DNA from: Candidatus Latescibacterota bacterium
Lineage (GTDB): Bacteria; Latescibacterota; UBA2968; GCA-2709665
NCBI GenBank assembly: GCA_965208835.1
Contig: OZ242358.1
Coordinates: forward strand, 1,184,001-1,248,000
Reading direction: 5' to 3'
DNA length: 64,000 nucleotides
Positions within the stretch are counted from its first letter, which is position 1. Every line of letters begins with the position of its first letter. Below the pieces are notes generated by a model, which saw only the letters and a list, made by a program, of their open reading frames with translations, ran no database searches and was not told where the DNA came from. Shown here piece after piece: positions 39,072 through 48,702 of this stretch. Made by a program: the position numbers and the translations under genes.

Positions 39072-41357
39072 GTGGCAGCATCCTCCCTTCCGCCGGAATC
39101 CAACAGGGTCACCTTTGCCAGGAGTCTGGGTTGCTTCGACGCATCGATGATCGGCATCGGCGCGATGATCGGCGCGGGGATCTTCGTTCTGACCGGGATT
39201 GCCGCCGGCGAGGCGGGGCCGGCTTCAATTCTGGCATTTGCGCTGAACGGCCTCGTGACGCTGATGACGGCGTTCTGCTACGCCGAGCTCGCCTCTGCGA
39301 TTCCCGAGGCCGGCGGCGGATATTCGTTCGTCAAGAAGGCGTTTCCCGGTCCGGTGGGGTTTCTGTCCGGATGGATGCTCTGGTTCGCCTACACGGTGGC
39401 GTGCAGCCTCTATGCGCTGGGCTTTGCAGGCTACTTCTGGGAGTTTTTCCACAAGTACCTGCCGGACGTCAGCTATACGATCCAGGCGACGACGGGGGTT
39501 CAGCCGTCTGTTGCGCTCGTAACGGTGATCGTAAGCTGCGTCTTTGTCTGGCTGAACGTGCGCGGCACGGAGGTCACGGGCAAGGCGGAGAACGTGATCA
39601 CCATGTCCAAGATTCTCGTGCTTCTGGTTTTCGTCTGGTTCGGACTGGCACATATCTTCGCGACGCCCGAACAGGCGGCGAAGAGCTTCTCCCCGTTCTT
39701 CCCAAAAGGACTGGGGGGCGTGCTGGTGGCCATGGGACTGACGTTTATCGCTTTTGAAGGGTACGATCTCATCGCGACGGTCGCAGAAGAAATCAAGCAG
39801 CCCGAGATCAATATTCCCAAGGCCACGTTCATTTCTCTTGGCGTGACCGTGGTCGTCTATCTGCTGATCGTCTTTGTGTCGTTGGCCGCGGTCCAACCGG
39901 AAGGCAGCACGTCGTGGGAATTTCTGGGCCGGTACCAGGAAACGGCGATTGTGAAGGCGGCAGACAGCTTCATGCCGGCGTTCGGCGTGGCAACCATCGT
40001 TTTCGGCGGGTTGCTCTCCACCATGTCCGCGCTGAACGCGACCGTGCTGGCCTCCAGCCGCGTGGCCTTTTCCATGGGCAGGGACCGGTGGCTGCCGGTG
40101 GGCATGGCCGCGATTCATTCCGACAGGCGGACCCCGCACATCGCTATTCTGGTCACCGGCGCGATTCTGACGGGCATCGCGCTGCTCTTGCCCATCCACG
40201 TGGTCGGGTCGGCGGCGAGCCTGATGTTCCTGCTCACGTTTACCCTGGTAAATCTGTCGCTGCTCGTCCTGCGGCGCCGGATGCCGGAAATCGAGCGCAG
40301 GTACAAAGTGCCACTCTTCCCGTGGCTGCCGCTGATTGGCGCGGCTTCGAATATGCTATTGGCGGTTTACCAGTTTCGTTTCGATCCAATGGCCTGGTAC
40401 GTCGCGCTGGGATGGATTGCGGTGGGATTCTTCGCGTATACCATCCATTTCCGGAAGGAATCGGGCGAGGCCGAGCCCCACGTGCTGGACGCGCTGCCCC
40501 TCGAGACCGCCCGCGCACCCTACAGGGTCCTGGTACCCGTGGCCAATCCCGGTACGATCGAATCGCTGCTGGATATCTCCATACCCATCGCAAAAGCGAG
40601 GAGCGGCGACCTGATCGTCAATACCACCGTGGAGGTGCCAATCCAGCTACCCATCCAGGAAGGGATGAAGTACATCAACCACCGGATGCCGCTGCTGCGA
40701 ACCGCGCAGGCCTATGCGCAGAAGCAGAATTTCCGCATGGTTTCGGACATCCGCGTGGCGCACCGCGTGGACGAAGGCATTCTGTCGGCGGTATCCGACG
40801 AACACGCGGACCTGCTGGTGATCGGATGGAAGGGATTTACGACCACGCGAGAGCGGATTTTTGGCGAAGTACTCGACAGGGTGGTGAACCGGGCAACCGC
40901 GGACGTGGCGGTTGTCAAGTTGCAGGACCAGGCCCGGTTCAATCGCATTCTGCTGCCAACGGCCGGCGGACCCCATACGCGGTTCGCCGTTGAGCTGCTG
41001 GAGCCGATCGTCGCGGCCTACGGCTCGCGCGTAACAGCCTGCTCCGTGATACCCGAAGATGCGGACGCGGAGCGGGAGAGCGAGGCCATGGGATGGATCG
41101 ACCAGACGCTGAAAAACGCAAACCTGGGCGACGTGGAATGCCGCGCGATCCGATCTCGGTCCGTACCCGCGGGAATCGTCAGGGCGGGAGCGGAATTCGA
41201 TCTGATCGTGATGGGCTCGGCCGATACAGGCCTCTTCCAGCAACTCCTGTTCGGTGAGGTGCCCGACCGGGTTGGGCGATTCGCCAAAACTTCAGTGATG
41301 CTGGTCAAACAGCGCGAGGGCCGTGGCAAGGCGTGGCTGCGGCGATTGATGAGTTGA
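39072..41357 (+). CDS. APC-family amino acid permease fused to two universal stress protein domains
   Basis: GAMIGAGIF, YAELASAIPEAGGGY, AEEIK.P; C-terminal RVLVPVANP and RILLPTAGGPH USP domains. GTG start after GAGG. Confidence 0.88.
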   Translation: MAASSLPPESNRVTFARSLGCFDASMIGIGAMIGAGIFVLTGIAAGEAGPASILAFALNGLVTLMTAFCYAELASAIPEAGGGYSFVKKAFPGPVGFLSGWMLWFAYTVACSLYALGFAGYFWEFFHKYLPDVSYTIQATTGVQPSVALVTVIVSCVFVWLNVRGTEVTGKAENVITMSKILVLLVFVWFGLAHIFATPEQAAKSFSPFFPKGLGGVLVAMGLTFIAFEGYDLIATVAEEIKQPEINIPKATFISLGVTVVVYLLIVFVSLAAVQPEGSTSWEFLGRYQETAIVKAADSFMPAFGVATIVFGGLLSTMSALNATVLASSRVAFSMGRDRWLPVGMAAIHSDRRTPHIAILVTGAILTGIALLLPIHVVGSAASLMFLLTFTLVNLSLLVLRRRMPEIERRYKVPLFPWLPLIGAASNMLLAVYQFRFDPMAWYVALGWIAVGFFAYTIHFRKESGEAEPHVLDALPLETARAPYRVLVPVANPGTIESLLDISIPIAKARSGDLIVNTTVEVPIQLPIQEGMKYINHRMPLLRTAQAYAQKQNFRMVSDIRVAHRVDEGILSAVSDEHADLLVIGWKGFTTTRERIFGEVLDRVVNRATADVAVVKLQDQARFNRILLPTAGGPHTRFAVELLEPIVAAYGSRVTACSVIPEDADAERESEAMGWIDQTLKNANLGDVECRAIRSRSVPAGIVRAGAEFDLIVMGSADTGLFQQLLFGEVPDRVGRFAKTSVMLVKQREGRGKAWLRRLMS

Positions 41358-41383
41358 AACCGGTTCGATCACGAGGAGGCATT

Positions 41384-42658
41384 ATGTTGAACGGTGGCGC
41401 AATCACCCTTGACATCACGCCGCCGCTGGGAACGCTGATTCCGGGCCTGTTTCACGAACGCAGGGCGGAGGGGATCCACGATCCGCTGAACGTGCGCAGT
41501 TTTGTCCTGGAGCGTGACGGTACGGGCATCGCGATCTCCGTCTGCGATCTCGTCGGCGTGTCGCGGACATACCTGGACGCGGCAAAGGCGCGAATTGCCG
41601 GGACCACCGGTCTGGCTCCGGAACGGGTGATGATCTGCTGTACCCACACCCACTCCGGCGCCCAGACGGGAGATGACGCATATACGGCATTCCTGGTGGA
41701 ACGGATTGCCGATTCCGTGCGCATCGCCTGGGACGGACGCGACGCGGTGGGTGCAGGCTGGGGGCGCGCGGAAGAGGGCCGGCCGGTGTTCAACCGGCGG
41801 TTTCATATGGCAGACGGCACGGTGCGGACCAACCCCGGTACCGGCAATCCCGACGTGGTGCGGGCCGCGGGCCCCGTTGACCCGGACGTGGGTGTGCTCT
41901 GTATTCAGAAAACGGATGGCGCAACCGTGGGACTGTTGTGCAACTACGCGTTGCACTACGTGGGCGGGGGTGACCACGAGCGGGAGATCTCGGCAGACTA
42001 TTTCGGATATTTTTCGAGTCTCATTCAGCGCATGCGAGGCCAACGGTTTACGGCGGCGCTTTCGAACGGCGCTTCGGGCGACATCAACAACCACGACGTG
42101 ATCGGAGGCAGCCGAAGCGCGAACGACCGGCACCAGCATTCGGAACGCGTCGCCGCGCTGGTGGCTGCCCAGGCCTTCTGGGCATGGAACGGGATGGATT
42201 TCGCCCGTGACCTGCCTCTCGGCGCTGAAATGGTGGAAGTGGCGCTTCAGCGCAAGGCCGGCCCTTCTCCGGCCGATATCACCCGGGCCAGGGAAATCGA
42301 CCAAGAGGGTCGAGGGACCATGGCGGAGCGGGCGTTCGCCCGGCGGATTCTGCGCCGCATGGCGGAAGTGCCGGAAGCGTCGCGAACGTGGGTGCAGGCG
42401 CTTCGAATCGGAAACCTGGCCCTCGTGGGCGTGCCGGGAGAACTGCTGGTAAGACTCGGGCTGGAAATCAAGCGTCGGTCTCCGTTCGGTCAGACGATGG
42501 TCCTGGAACTGGCAAACGACAGTGTGGGTTATCTGCCGGACGAACAGGCCTATAGAGAAGGCGGTTACGAACCCGAAGCGGCCCTCTTCACGCCGGGATC
42601 GGGCGAACAGATCGTGGAAGCAGCCGTTAACCTGCTGGACAGGTTGCATGCATCGTAG
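41384..42658 (+). CDS. Neutral/alkaline ceramidase-like amidohydrolase
   Basis: DITPPLG, HDPL, THTHSG, FNRR, GPVDP, NYALH, SADY, GASGDIN, PGE, GGYE. Confidence 0.82.
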   Translation: MLNGGAITLDITPPLGTLIPGLFHERRAEGIHDPLNVRSFVLERDGTGIAISVCDLVGVSRTYLDAAKARIAGTTGLAPERVMICCTHTHSGAQTGDDAYTAFLVERIADSVRIAWDGRDAVGAGWGRAEEGRPVFNRRFHMADGTVRTNPGTGNPDVVRAAGPVDPDVGVLCIQKTDGATVGLLCNYALHYVGGGDHEREISADYFGYFSSLIQRMRGQRFTAALSNGASGDINNHDVIGGSRSANDRHQHSERVAALVAAQAFWAWNGMDFARDLPLGAEMVEVALQRKAGPSPADITRAREIDQEGRGTMAERAFARRILRRMAEVPEASRTWVQALRIGNLALVGVPGELLVRLGLEIKRRSPFGQTMVLELANDSVGYLPDEQAYREGGYEPEAALFTPGSGEQIVEAAVNLLDRLHAS

Positions 42659-42707
42659 ATCCCGGCCCAATTGGGTTTTTCAAAAAAACAGCTTCCAAGG
42701 AGGAAAA

Positions 42708-43751
42708 ATGGCGGACAAAGTTCGAATTGGCATCATCGGCGCCGGCGGCATTTTCCGGAGCCGTCATTTCCCCGGGCTGGCGAAGATCGGGGATGCGGAG
42801 GTGGTTGCCATCTGCAACCGGAGCGAGGCAAGCGCGGGCGCAATCGCGCGCGAATTCGGCCTGTCGCCGAGACTGATGTCGGATCCGTACGCGTTGATCG
42901 GGAGCGAGGACGTGGACGCGGTGATGATCGGTACGTGGCCGTACCGCCACTGCGAATACGTGCTGGCGTCCCTTGATGCGGGAAAGCACGTCTTCGTGCA
43001 GGCGAGGATGGCGATGAACCTTCGCGAGGCAAAGGCCATGTACGCCAGGGCGCAGGAGACGGGCCTCGTCACGCAGATCTGCCCGTCGCCGATGGCGATG
43101 AAGGGCGACTGGTTCATCCAGCGGCTGATCCGGGAGGGATACCTGGGAGACATCTACCATGTCTATACCCGGTCGTTCAGCGGCGACAGCTGTGACCCCG
43201 ACAATCCGCTTCACTGGCGGCAGATTGACCGGTATTCGGGTTTGAACGCGCTGAACATGGGCATCCTGGTGGAAATCGTGCAACGCTGGGCAGGCCAGAT
43301 GAAGACGATTTCGGCGCACGCGGAGACGTTCATCAGGACGCGGCCGCTGGATAACGGTCAGGGTAAGGGACCGGTGGAACGCCCCGATTCGGTACACATC
43401 ATGGGTCAGATGGAGAACGGCGCGCAGGCCGCATTTTTGTTTTCCTCCGTGGCGAGGTTCGGCATGGATCCGCAGGTGGAACTCTACGGCAGCGAGGGGA
43501 CCCTGGTCTACAAGCTGGACAGCGATACCATTCTGGGCGGGCGAGTCGGAGACGTCGGATTGTCCGAAATCTCCATTCCGGACGGCGAGGCGCGCGAGTG
43601 GACCGTGGAACAGGATTTCGTGAGCGCGATTCAGGGCGGGCCTCCGGGAGATACCACCTTCAAAGCCGGCCTTAAGTACATGGCGTTTACGGAGGCAGTC
43701 TTCCGATCCGTGGAACGCGGTAGCGTTGTGCGTCTGCCCCTGGTGGATTGA
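42708..43751 (+). CDS. Gfo/Idh/MocA family oxidoreductase
   Basis: IGIIGAG, AGKHVFVQARMA (variant of the EKP motif), LYGSEG. Confidence 0.88.
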   Translation: MADKVRIGIIGAGGIFRSRHFPGLAKIGDAEVVAICNRSEASAGAIAREFGLSPRLMSDPYALIGSEDVDAVMIGTWPYRHCEYVLASLDAGKHVFVQARMAMNLREAKAMYARAQETGLVTQICPSPMAMKGDWFIQRLIREGYLGDIYHVYTRSFSGDSCDPDNPLHWRQIDRYSGLNALNMGILVEIVQRWAGQMKTISAHAETFIRTRPLDNGQGKGPVERPDSVHIMGQMENGAQAAFLFSSVARFGMDPQVELYGSEGTLVYKLDSDTILGGRVGDVGLSEISIPDGEAREWTVEQDFVSAIQGGPPGDTTFKAGLKYMAFTEAVFRSVERGSVVRLPLVD

Positions 43752-43777
43752 ACGTATCAGCCGAAAGGACCGTTGTC

Positions 43778-44794
43778 GTGTCAGCTGAATATCGAGTCGC
43801 CGTGGTCGGTACAGGATACATCGGCCTGGAGCACATCAAGGCGATCGCGGCCCATCCGCGTGCGAGGTTGCGCGCGATCTGCGGATCGGCGCGCAGCGCC
43901 GGTCGATTGGAGGAGTTGAAGGCCGAATACGGCGCCGATCGCGTGACGGCGGATTACGGGGGGGTTGTCGTGGACGAGGCGGTTGACGTGGTGTACCTCT
44001 GCACGCCCAACCGGCTGCACGCCGACGAGGCCGTTGCCGCGCTGGAGGCCGGCAAGCACGTGTTCTGCGAGAAGCCGATGGCGACCACGTTGCAGGACTG
44101 CCGCCGCATGGTTGCCGCGGTAGAAGGATCGGGCCGTCAGTTGATGGTGGGCCACGGCGCGCGTTTCAGGCAATTGCACCGGGCCGTGAAGGACCTGTTC
44201 GATTCGGGCAAGCTCGGCGAGGCCTGTTTCTGCGAATCGGATTACGTCCATTCGCTGGGGCCGTTTCTCGCGGGCACGGGTCACCAATGGTGGCGGCACC
44301 GGGAGGAGGGTCAGTTCGCGGTGATCGGCGGGGCGTGCCATCCGCTGGACCTGATGCGCTGGATCGTGGGGGAGATGGAGGAGGTTTCGGCCTACGGCGT
44401 TACGAAGGTCCTGCACGACGTGGACTGGCACGATACGGTGATCGCTTCGCTGAAGTTCAGGAACGGCGCGGTGGGAAAGTGCCTGGTGTCCGTTGGCGCA
44501 CCGCGGCCCTATTCGATGACGTTCAATCTCTATGGCACCGAGGGCACGGTAGAAGAGAACCGGCTCTATCTGAGAGAGTTCGGAGAAATTGAGGAGTTTG
44601 CGGAGATCCCGTTTCCGGTGCTGGGCGAGGTACACGCCTGTGCCGAGGAACTGTCGCATTTCCTGCACTGCCTGGACACGGGCGAATCGCCGATGATCGA
44701 CGTAAAGGACGGCGCGCGGACGATGGCGGCGTGTTTCGCGGTCGCTGAGTCGATCGAAACCGGCACGCCTGTCAGTGTGGTAACGGAATTCTGA
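43778..44794 (+). CDS. Gfo/Idh/MocA family oxidoreductase
   Basis: VVGTGYIG, CTPN..H, AGKHVFCEKP, CHPLD. Confidence 0.92.
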   Translation: MSAEYRVAVVGTGYIGLEHIKAIAAHPRARLRAICGSARSAGRLEELKAEYGADRVTADYGGVVVDEAVDVVYLCTPNRLHADEAVAALEAGKHVFCEKPMATTLQDCRRMVAAVEGSGRQLMVGHGARFRQLHRAVKDLFDSGKLGEACFCESDYVHSLGPFLAGTGHQWWRHREEGQFAVIGGACHPLDLMRWIVGEMEEVSAYGVTKVLHDVDWHDTVIASLKFRNGAVGKCLVSVGAPRPYSMTFNLYGTEGTVEENRLYLREFGEIEEFAEIPFPVLGEVHACAEELSHFLHCLDTGESPMIDVKDGARTMAACFAVAESIETGTPVSVVTEF

Positions 44795-44828
44795 AGGGGT
44801 TTCAGTGTGTCATTGAAGGGTTTCAAGG

Positions 44829-45686
44829 ATGGGTGACGTACGGCTCGTGGCGTTCGATCTGGATGGTACGCTGCTCGACGACCGGGGCCGGATGTCAAAC
44901 GAGTCTGTGGAGGCGCTTCGGCGACTGGCGCTCTCCGGCATCGCGATGGCATCGATCAGCGGCCGAAACGTGGGGAAGAGTCTGGCGCCGTTTTCGCCCG
45001 ATCTGAGACCGGCGCTGCACGTGGGAAGTTATAATGGCGCGATGGTGCTGGGAACGGGCGCGGATGACGAACGGCCGTTGTTGCACGAACAACGATTGCC
45101 GGAGGATGGCTTTCCCGGTGTGCTGGACTTCATCGGCGACAGCCGGTTGAATTTCATCTATTGCCGGTGCGAGGCCGACGCTCCCGGTCTCAACGAGGCC
45201 TATCTTACGGACGATGAGACCCGGTGGATCCGATATCTCGTGCGGATGACCGGCGTGAGAATCGTGGTGAAGCCGGATCTGTTGGCCGGGGCGCGGGATT
45301 TCGTGCCGCCGCCGAAGATGATTGTGCTGCCCGGTCCTGAGCGACGGGAAGCGGTGTTCCAGGACATGCGTGCGGCGTTCGGGGGGCAATTCTATCTCGC
45401 CCGCACGGGTGACGACCGGATCGAGATCATGCATCCCGAGGTGAACAAGGCGGTCGCGTTGCGTGAAATCTGCGATGCGTGCGGCGTCGCTCCTTCACAG
45501 TCGCTTGCGATTGGAGACGGGGACAACGATCTGCCGATGCTGAAGGCGGCGGGCATCGGCGTGCTGATGGGAAACGCGGACCGTCTGACCAGGGATTCAG
45601 CCGCCGAGGGGGGCGTGCGGATGTGCGGGTCGCTGGAGCATGAAGGGTTCTCGAAGACCGTGGCGAGTGTTCTGTCCTGGAAATAG
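44829..45686 (+). CDS. Cof-type HAD-IIB hydrolase
   Basis: FDLDGTLL, SGR, NK, IGDGDND; final codons and stop are supplied by repeat B3. Confidence 0.9.
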   Translation: MGDVRLVAFDLDGTLLDDRGRMSNESVEALRRLALSGIAMASISGRNVGKSLAPFSPDLRPALHVGSYNGAMVLGTGADDERPLLHEQRLPEDGFPGVLDFIGDSRLNFIYCRCEADAPGLNEAYLTDDETRWIRYLVRMTGVRIVVKPDLLAGARDFVPPPKMIVLPGPERREAVFQDMRAAFGGQFYLARTGDDRIEIMHPEVNKAVALREICDACGVAPSQSLAIGDGDNDLPMLKAAGIGVLMGNADRLTRDSAAEGGVRMCGSLEHEGFSKTVASVLSWK

Positions 45687-45828
45687 GTTGCCGAAATTCG
45701 GTGGCTGAGTCGCACGGCTGGCAAGGCGCCTGAGCGAGGTGACCTGGGCAAGGTCAGCGAGCGAAGGCAACGAAGCAAGACGGGATGAATCAGCCGAAGA
45801 ATGGTGACATATTTCCGGGACGGGACAC
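45667..45828 (-). mobile_element. MITE-like repeat family B, copy 3 (inverted)
   Basis: 162 bp, GTGTTCTGTCC...GGGACGGGACAC; reverse-complement homolog of copies 1 and 2. Confidence 0.85.
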
Positions 45829-45854
45829 CATGTACGTGTCGGACGGCTAGCGTT

Positions 45855-46622
45855 TCATTCCGATCGGTTCTCGGAATCACCGTCGATACGCGCCCGAAGG
45901 TCCACGCTGCTGGACAGAATGTGCTCCTCCATGGCCCGCTGCGCGGCTTCGGCGTCGCGTTTCCGGATGGCTCGCACGATTTTTACGTGTTCTTCCACCG
46001 ACATCCGGGCCCGCACCTCCGCCGTATGGGTTGCGGATTCCTCCAGGCTGGCCCCGATCCACTCCTGAAGGTAGTTACGTATCATTACAAGGAGGTTGCG
46101 GAGGATCGAATTCTGGGTTGCCCGGGCAATGGCCAGATGGAACTGCACGTCGAACTCAAGGAATTCGCCGGGCCGGTTCAGAGATGCCTCGATTCCACGG
46201 ATCGTTCGGTCGAATTCCCGGAGGTCGGCTTCCGTGGCGCGCCCGGCGGCAAGGAATGCATTACGTGATTCCAGCATAAGCCGCGTTTCCACGAGGTCCG
46301 TGACTTCCTTCGGATCCAGCAGCAGGCCCCAGCTCAGGGATTTCTCCAGGTATCGGCCAGTATTGTCGCTGACGAACGTACCCTCACCCACCCGGGGTTC
46401 CAGGATGCCCATCACGGAGAGTGTGCGGAGGGCTTCCCTGAGGGAGGTCCTGCCGACCCCGAACTGTTTGCACAGGCTTCGTTCCGGCGGCAGCCGATCG
46501 CCCGGTTTCAGCACGTCCCGGGAGATCAGGTCGATGATCTGGCCGACGATTTCGTCGCTCAGCGACGTGCGCCTGACGGGCGTCATCTGCTCGAGTGCCG
46601 GGGCCTTCGGTTTTCGAGTCAC
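45855..46622 (-). CDS. GntR/FadR family transcriptional regulator
   Basis: LKPGDRLPPER.L...FGVGRTSLREAL wHTH; FCD domain FHLAIARAT.N, EH..I. Confidence 0.93.
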   Translation of the reverse strand: MTRKPKAPALEQMTPVRRTSLSDEIVGQIIDLISRDVLKPGDRLPPERSLCKQFGVGRTSLREALRTLSVMGILEPRVGEGTFVSDNTGRYLEKSLSWGLLLDPKEVTDLVETRLMLESRNAFLAAGRATEADLREFDRTIRGIEASLNRPGEFLEFDVQFHLAIARATQNSILRNLLVMIRNYLQEWIGASLEESATHTAEVRARMSVEEHVKIVRAIRKRDAEAAQRAMEEHILSSSVDLRARIDGDSENRSE

Positions 46623-46723
46623 GATATCTCAAACCTTTCTTCTTGATGCGCGAATCGCCCGTTCGTCACGCCCGTAAGATTTCGCTTTACAATGACTTCT
46701 TTTTAGGTTACCCTTAAATGCAG

Positions 46724-46738
46724 AATTGGTCTGACCAT
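46724..46738. promoter_or_regulatory. FadR/PdhR-type operator palindrome
   Basis: AATTGGTCTGACCAT contains TGGTC-N-GACCA, between the divergent regulator and the methyl-transfer cluster. Confidence 0.7.
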
Positions 46739-46806
46739 CATCATAACAGTAAAAGAATAGACGGGGTTCCCCGCTGTCAAGGGAAAACTTGCCGGAGGAT
46801 GGCACA

Positions 46807-47436
46807 ATGGGCCAAACCGTCGATATCGGAACGCGCATCGAACTGGTGCCCATGGATCCGCATTTTCATGAAATCACGATCGGCCTCTACCGGCAGGAGT
46901 ACGACGGGGCTCCCGTGTATTGCGTACATACGTACAGCGGAAGAGCAGGAGCCGACCAACGGATCGCATTCGTCTCCAACGCGATGGTGGTTCTGGGCGG
47001 AATGGCGCAGACACCCGACGGGCTGCTTCGATTTCCGTGCGGAGAAGCCCACGAACTGGCCTGCCGGCGGGTCTTCCTCGAGGCGTGCAAGCTGGATTCC
47101 GGCGGCGAGCTGAAAGCCCGTCCACTGACGATTGTCGACAGGAAGTCCGGATTGAACATCACGGTGTCCCGTGCGGGCAGCGGCGAGTACCGCGTCGAAG
47201 CCGCAGGGGAGGGAAAGGACGGCGCGCGGAGAATCGCGGCAATCGCGGGCGGGTTGGCCAAGCTCGGAGAAATGCAGTCTCGAAGCCCGGATACGGTCGC
47301 ATTTTCGTGCGGACACTACCACGACGCTGTTGTGGGACTGCTTCTGGTTCGGGCCCCGAACGTCCGGGCAGCGGTTCGCGAACAGGAGACGTCGGGTGCC
47401 CGCGGTGTCCTGGCTGCGCCCAGCCAGCAGCGGTAG
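46807..47436 (+). CDS. Hypothetical protein with two F-x-C-G-x-x-H motifs
   Basis: ATG after GGAGG; motifs FPCGEAH and FSCGHYH; first gene of the cluster. Confidence 0.7.
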   Translation: MGQTVDIGTRIELVPMDPHFHEITIGLYRQEYDGAPVYCVHTYSGRAGADQRIAFVSNAMVVLGGMAQTPDGLLRFPCGEAHELACRRVFLEACKLDSGGELKARPLTIVDRKSGLNITVSRAGSGEYRVEAAGEGKDGARRIAAIAGGLAKLGEMQSRSPDTVAFSCGHYHDAVVGLLLVRAPNVRAAVREQETSGARGVLAAPSQQR

Positions 47437-47460
47437 TGCCGGCGCGTAAACGATCTATAA

Positions 47461-47620
47461 CAGCCCGTTGAAAAAGCCCATCCGGGCTACGGCCGGCCCT
47501 TGCGGTCGAAATACTGCGTTGCGCGCTCTCGCCGAATCGCAGGATGGGACTCGGTTGCGCGCCTTGTCTTCGGCCACAATGGCTCGGCCTCGCCTGCAGA
47601 GCGACTTTGTCAACGGACTG
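47461..47620. mobile_element. MITE-like repeat family C, copy 2
   Basis: 160 bp, CAGCCCGTTGAAAAAG...CTTTGTCAACGGACTG; degenerate flanks ATAA/TCAA. Confidence 0.85.
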
Positions 47621-47640
47621 TCAAACAGGAGAGTGAGAAT

Positions 47641-48687
47641 ATGGCGACTCAACCGGTGGGTCCGATGACCGGCCGCGAGCGCGTTCTGGCGGCGCTGAAC
47701 CGGGAGCCGGTGGACCGTACGCCCGTGTGCAATCCGACGTCGGTGGCGACGGTGGAGTTGATGGATCTGGTGGACGCGCCCTTTCCGCAGGCGAACCGCG
47801 ACCCGGAACTGATGGCCCGCCTTGCCGCAACGGGGCATACGGAGCTGGGGTTCGATTCGGTCATGCCGGTGTTCACGATTATACAGGAGTCGTCCGCATT
47901 GGGCTGCAAGATCCAGTGGGAGCAGAAAGACAACTGGCCCACCGTAAGGATGCGCGAGCCCATCTGGGAAGACGTGGACGACATTCAGATTCCACCTGAC
48001 CTGCTCACGCACCAGGATACGAAGTGCGTGCTGGATGCGATCCGGATTCTGAAGAAGGAATACGGAGATGACGTGGCCGTTATCGGCAAGACAATGGGCC
48101 CATGGTCGCTGGGATATCACTGCTTCGGCGTGGAGCCCTTTCTGCTCATGTCTCTGGACGACCCGGACAAGACCAAGGAATGTCTTGACAGAATGAAAGA
48201 CGTGACCGTGGACTTTGGAGTGGCGCAGATCGAGGCGGGCGCGGATGCGCTCACGGTGCCCGATCACGCGACGGGCGACCTGGTGAGCGGGGAATACTAC
48301 AAGCGGTATCTGCGCGACCTGCATATCGAGTTCGTGGAGCGGATCCCGATTCCGCTGATTCTGCACATCTGCGGGCGGACGGTGGACCGGATGGAGTACA
48401 TCGCGCAGACGGGAATGTCCGCATTCCATTACGACTCGAAAAACGAGCCGGGCGAATCCATGGCGGCGGTGAAGGAGCGGATCTCGCTGGTGGGCAACAT
48501 CAATAATCCGGAGACGCTGTTTTCAAAAGGGCCGGAGGCGGTCCGCCAGGAGGTCTTCAGGAACCTGGACGCAGGCGTGCATCTCGTCGGTCCGGAGTGC
48601 GCGATACCGCTGCAGACGTCAATCGAGAACCTGAAGGAGATTCCCGGAGCAGTCCGGGACTGGCACCGGGAGATGCAGGCGGGATAA
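47641..48687 (+). CDS. MtaA/CmuA family (UROD-fold) Zn-dependent corrinoid methyltransferase
   Basis: MTGRER..AAL...PVDR.PV; Zn ligands LHICG (HxC) and GPEC; LVGNI. Confidence 0.88.
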   Translation: MATQPVGPMTGRERVLAALNREPVDRTPVCNPTSVATVELMDLVDAPFPQANRDPELMARLAATGHTELGFDSVMPVFTIIQESSALGCKIQWEQKDNWPTVRMREPIWEDVDDIQIPPDLLTHQDTKCVLDAIRILKKEYGDDVAVIGKTMGPWSLGYHCFGVEPFLLMSLDDPDKTKECLDRMKDVTVDFGVAQIEAGADALTVPDHATGDLVSGEYYKRYLRDLHIEFVERIPIPLILHICGRTVDRMEYIAQTGMSAFHYDSKNEPGESMAAVKERISLVGNINNPETLFSKGPEAVRQEVFRNLDAGVHLVGPECAIPLQTSIENLKEIPGAVRDWHREMQAG

Positions 48688-48702
48688 GGGGGCAGGTGAG
48701 AA

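Noticed and set aside
46623-46806. Cobalamin or SAM riboswitch upstream of the methyl-transfer cluster
   Set aside because: No B12-box or S-box core motifs visible; an Rfam scan would be needed to exclude fully.
47641-48687. Uroporphyrinogen decarboxylase (hemE) or evidence of methanogenesis
   Set aside because: It lacks the RQAGR motif and has HxC...C Zn ligands; the context is bacterial with no mcr/mtr genes.
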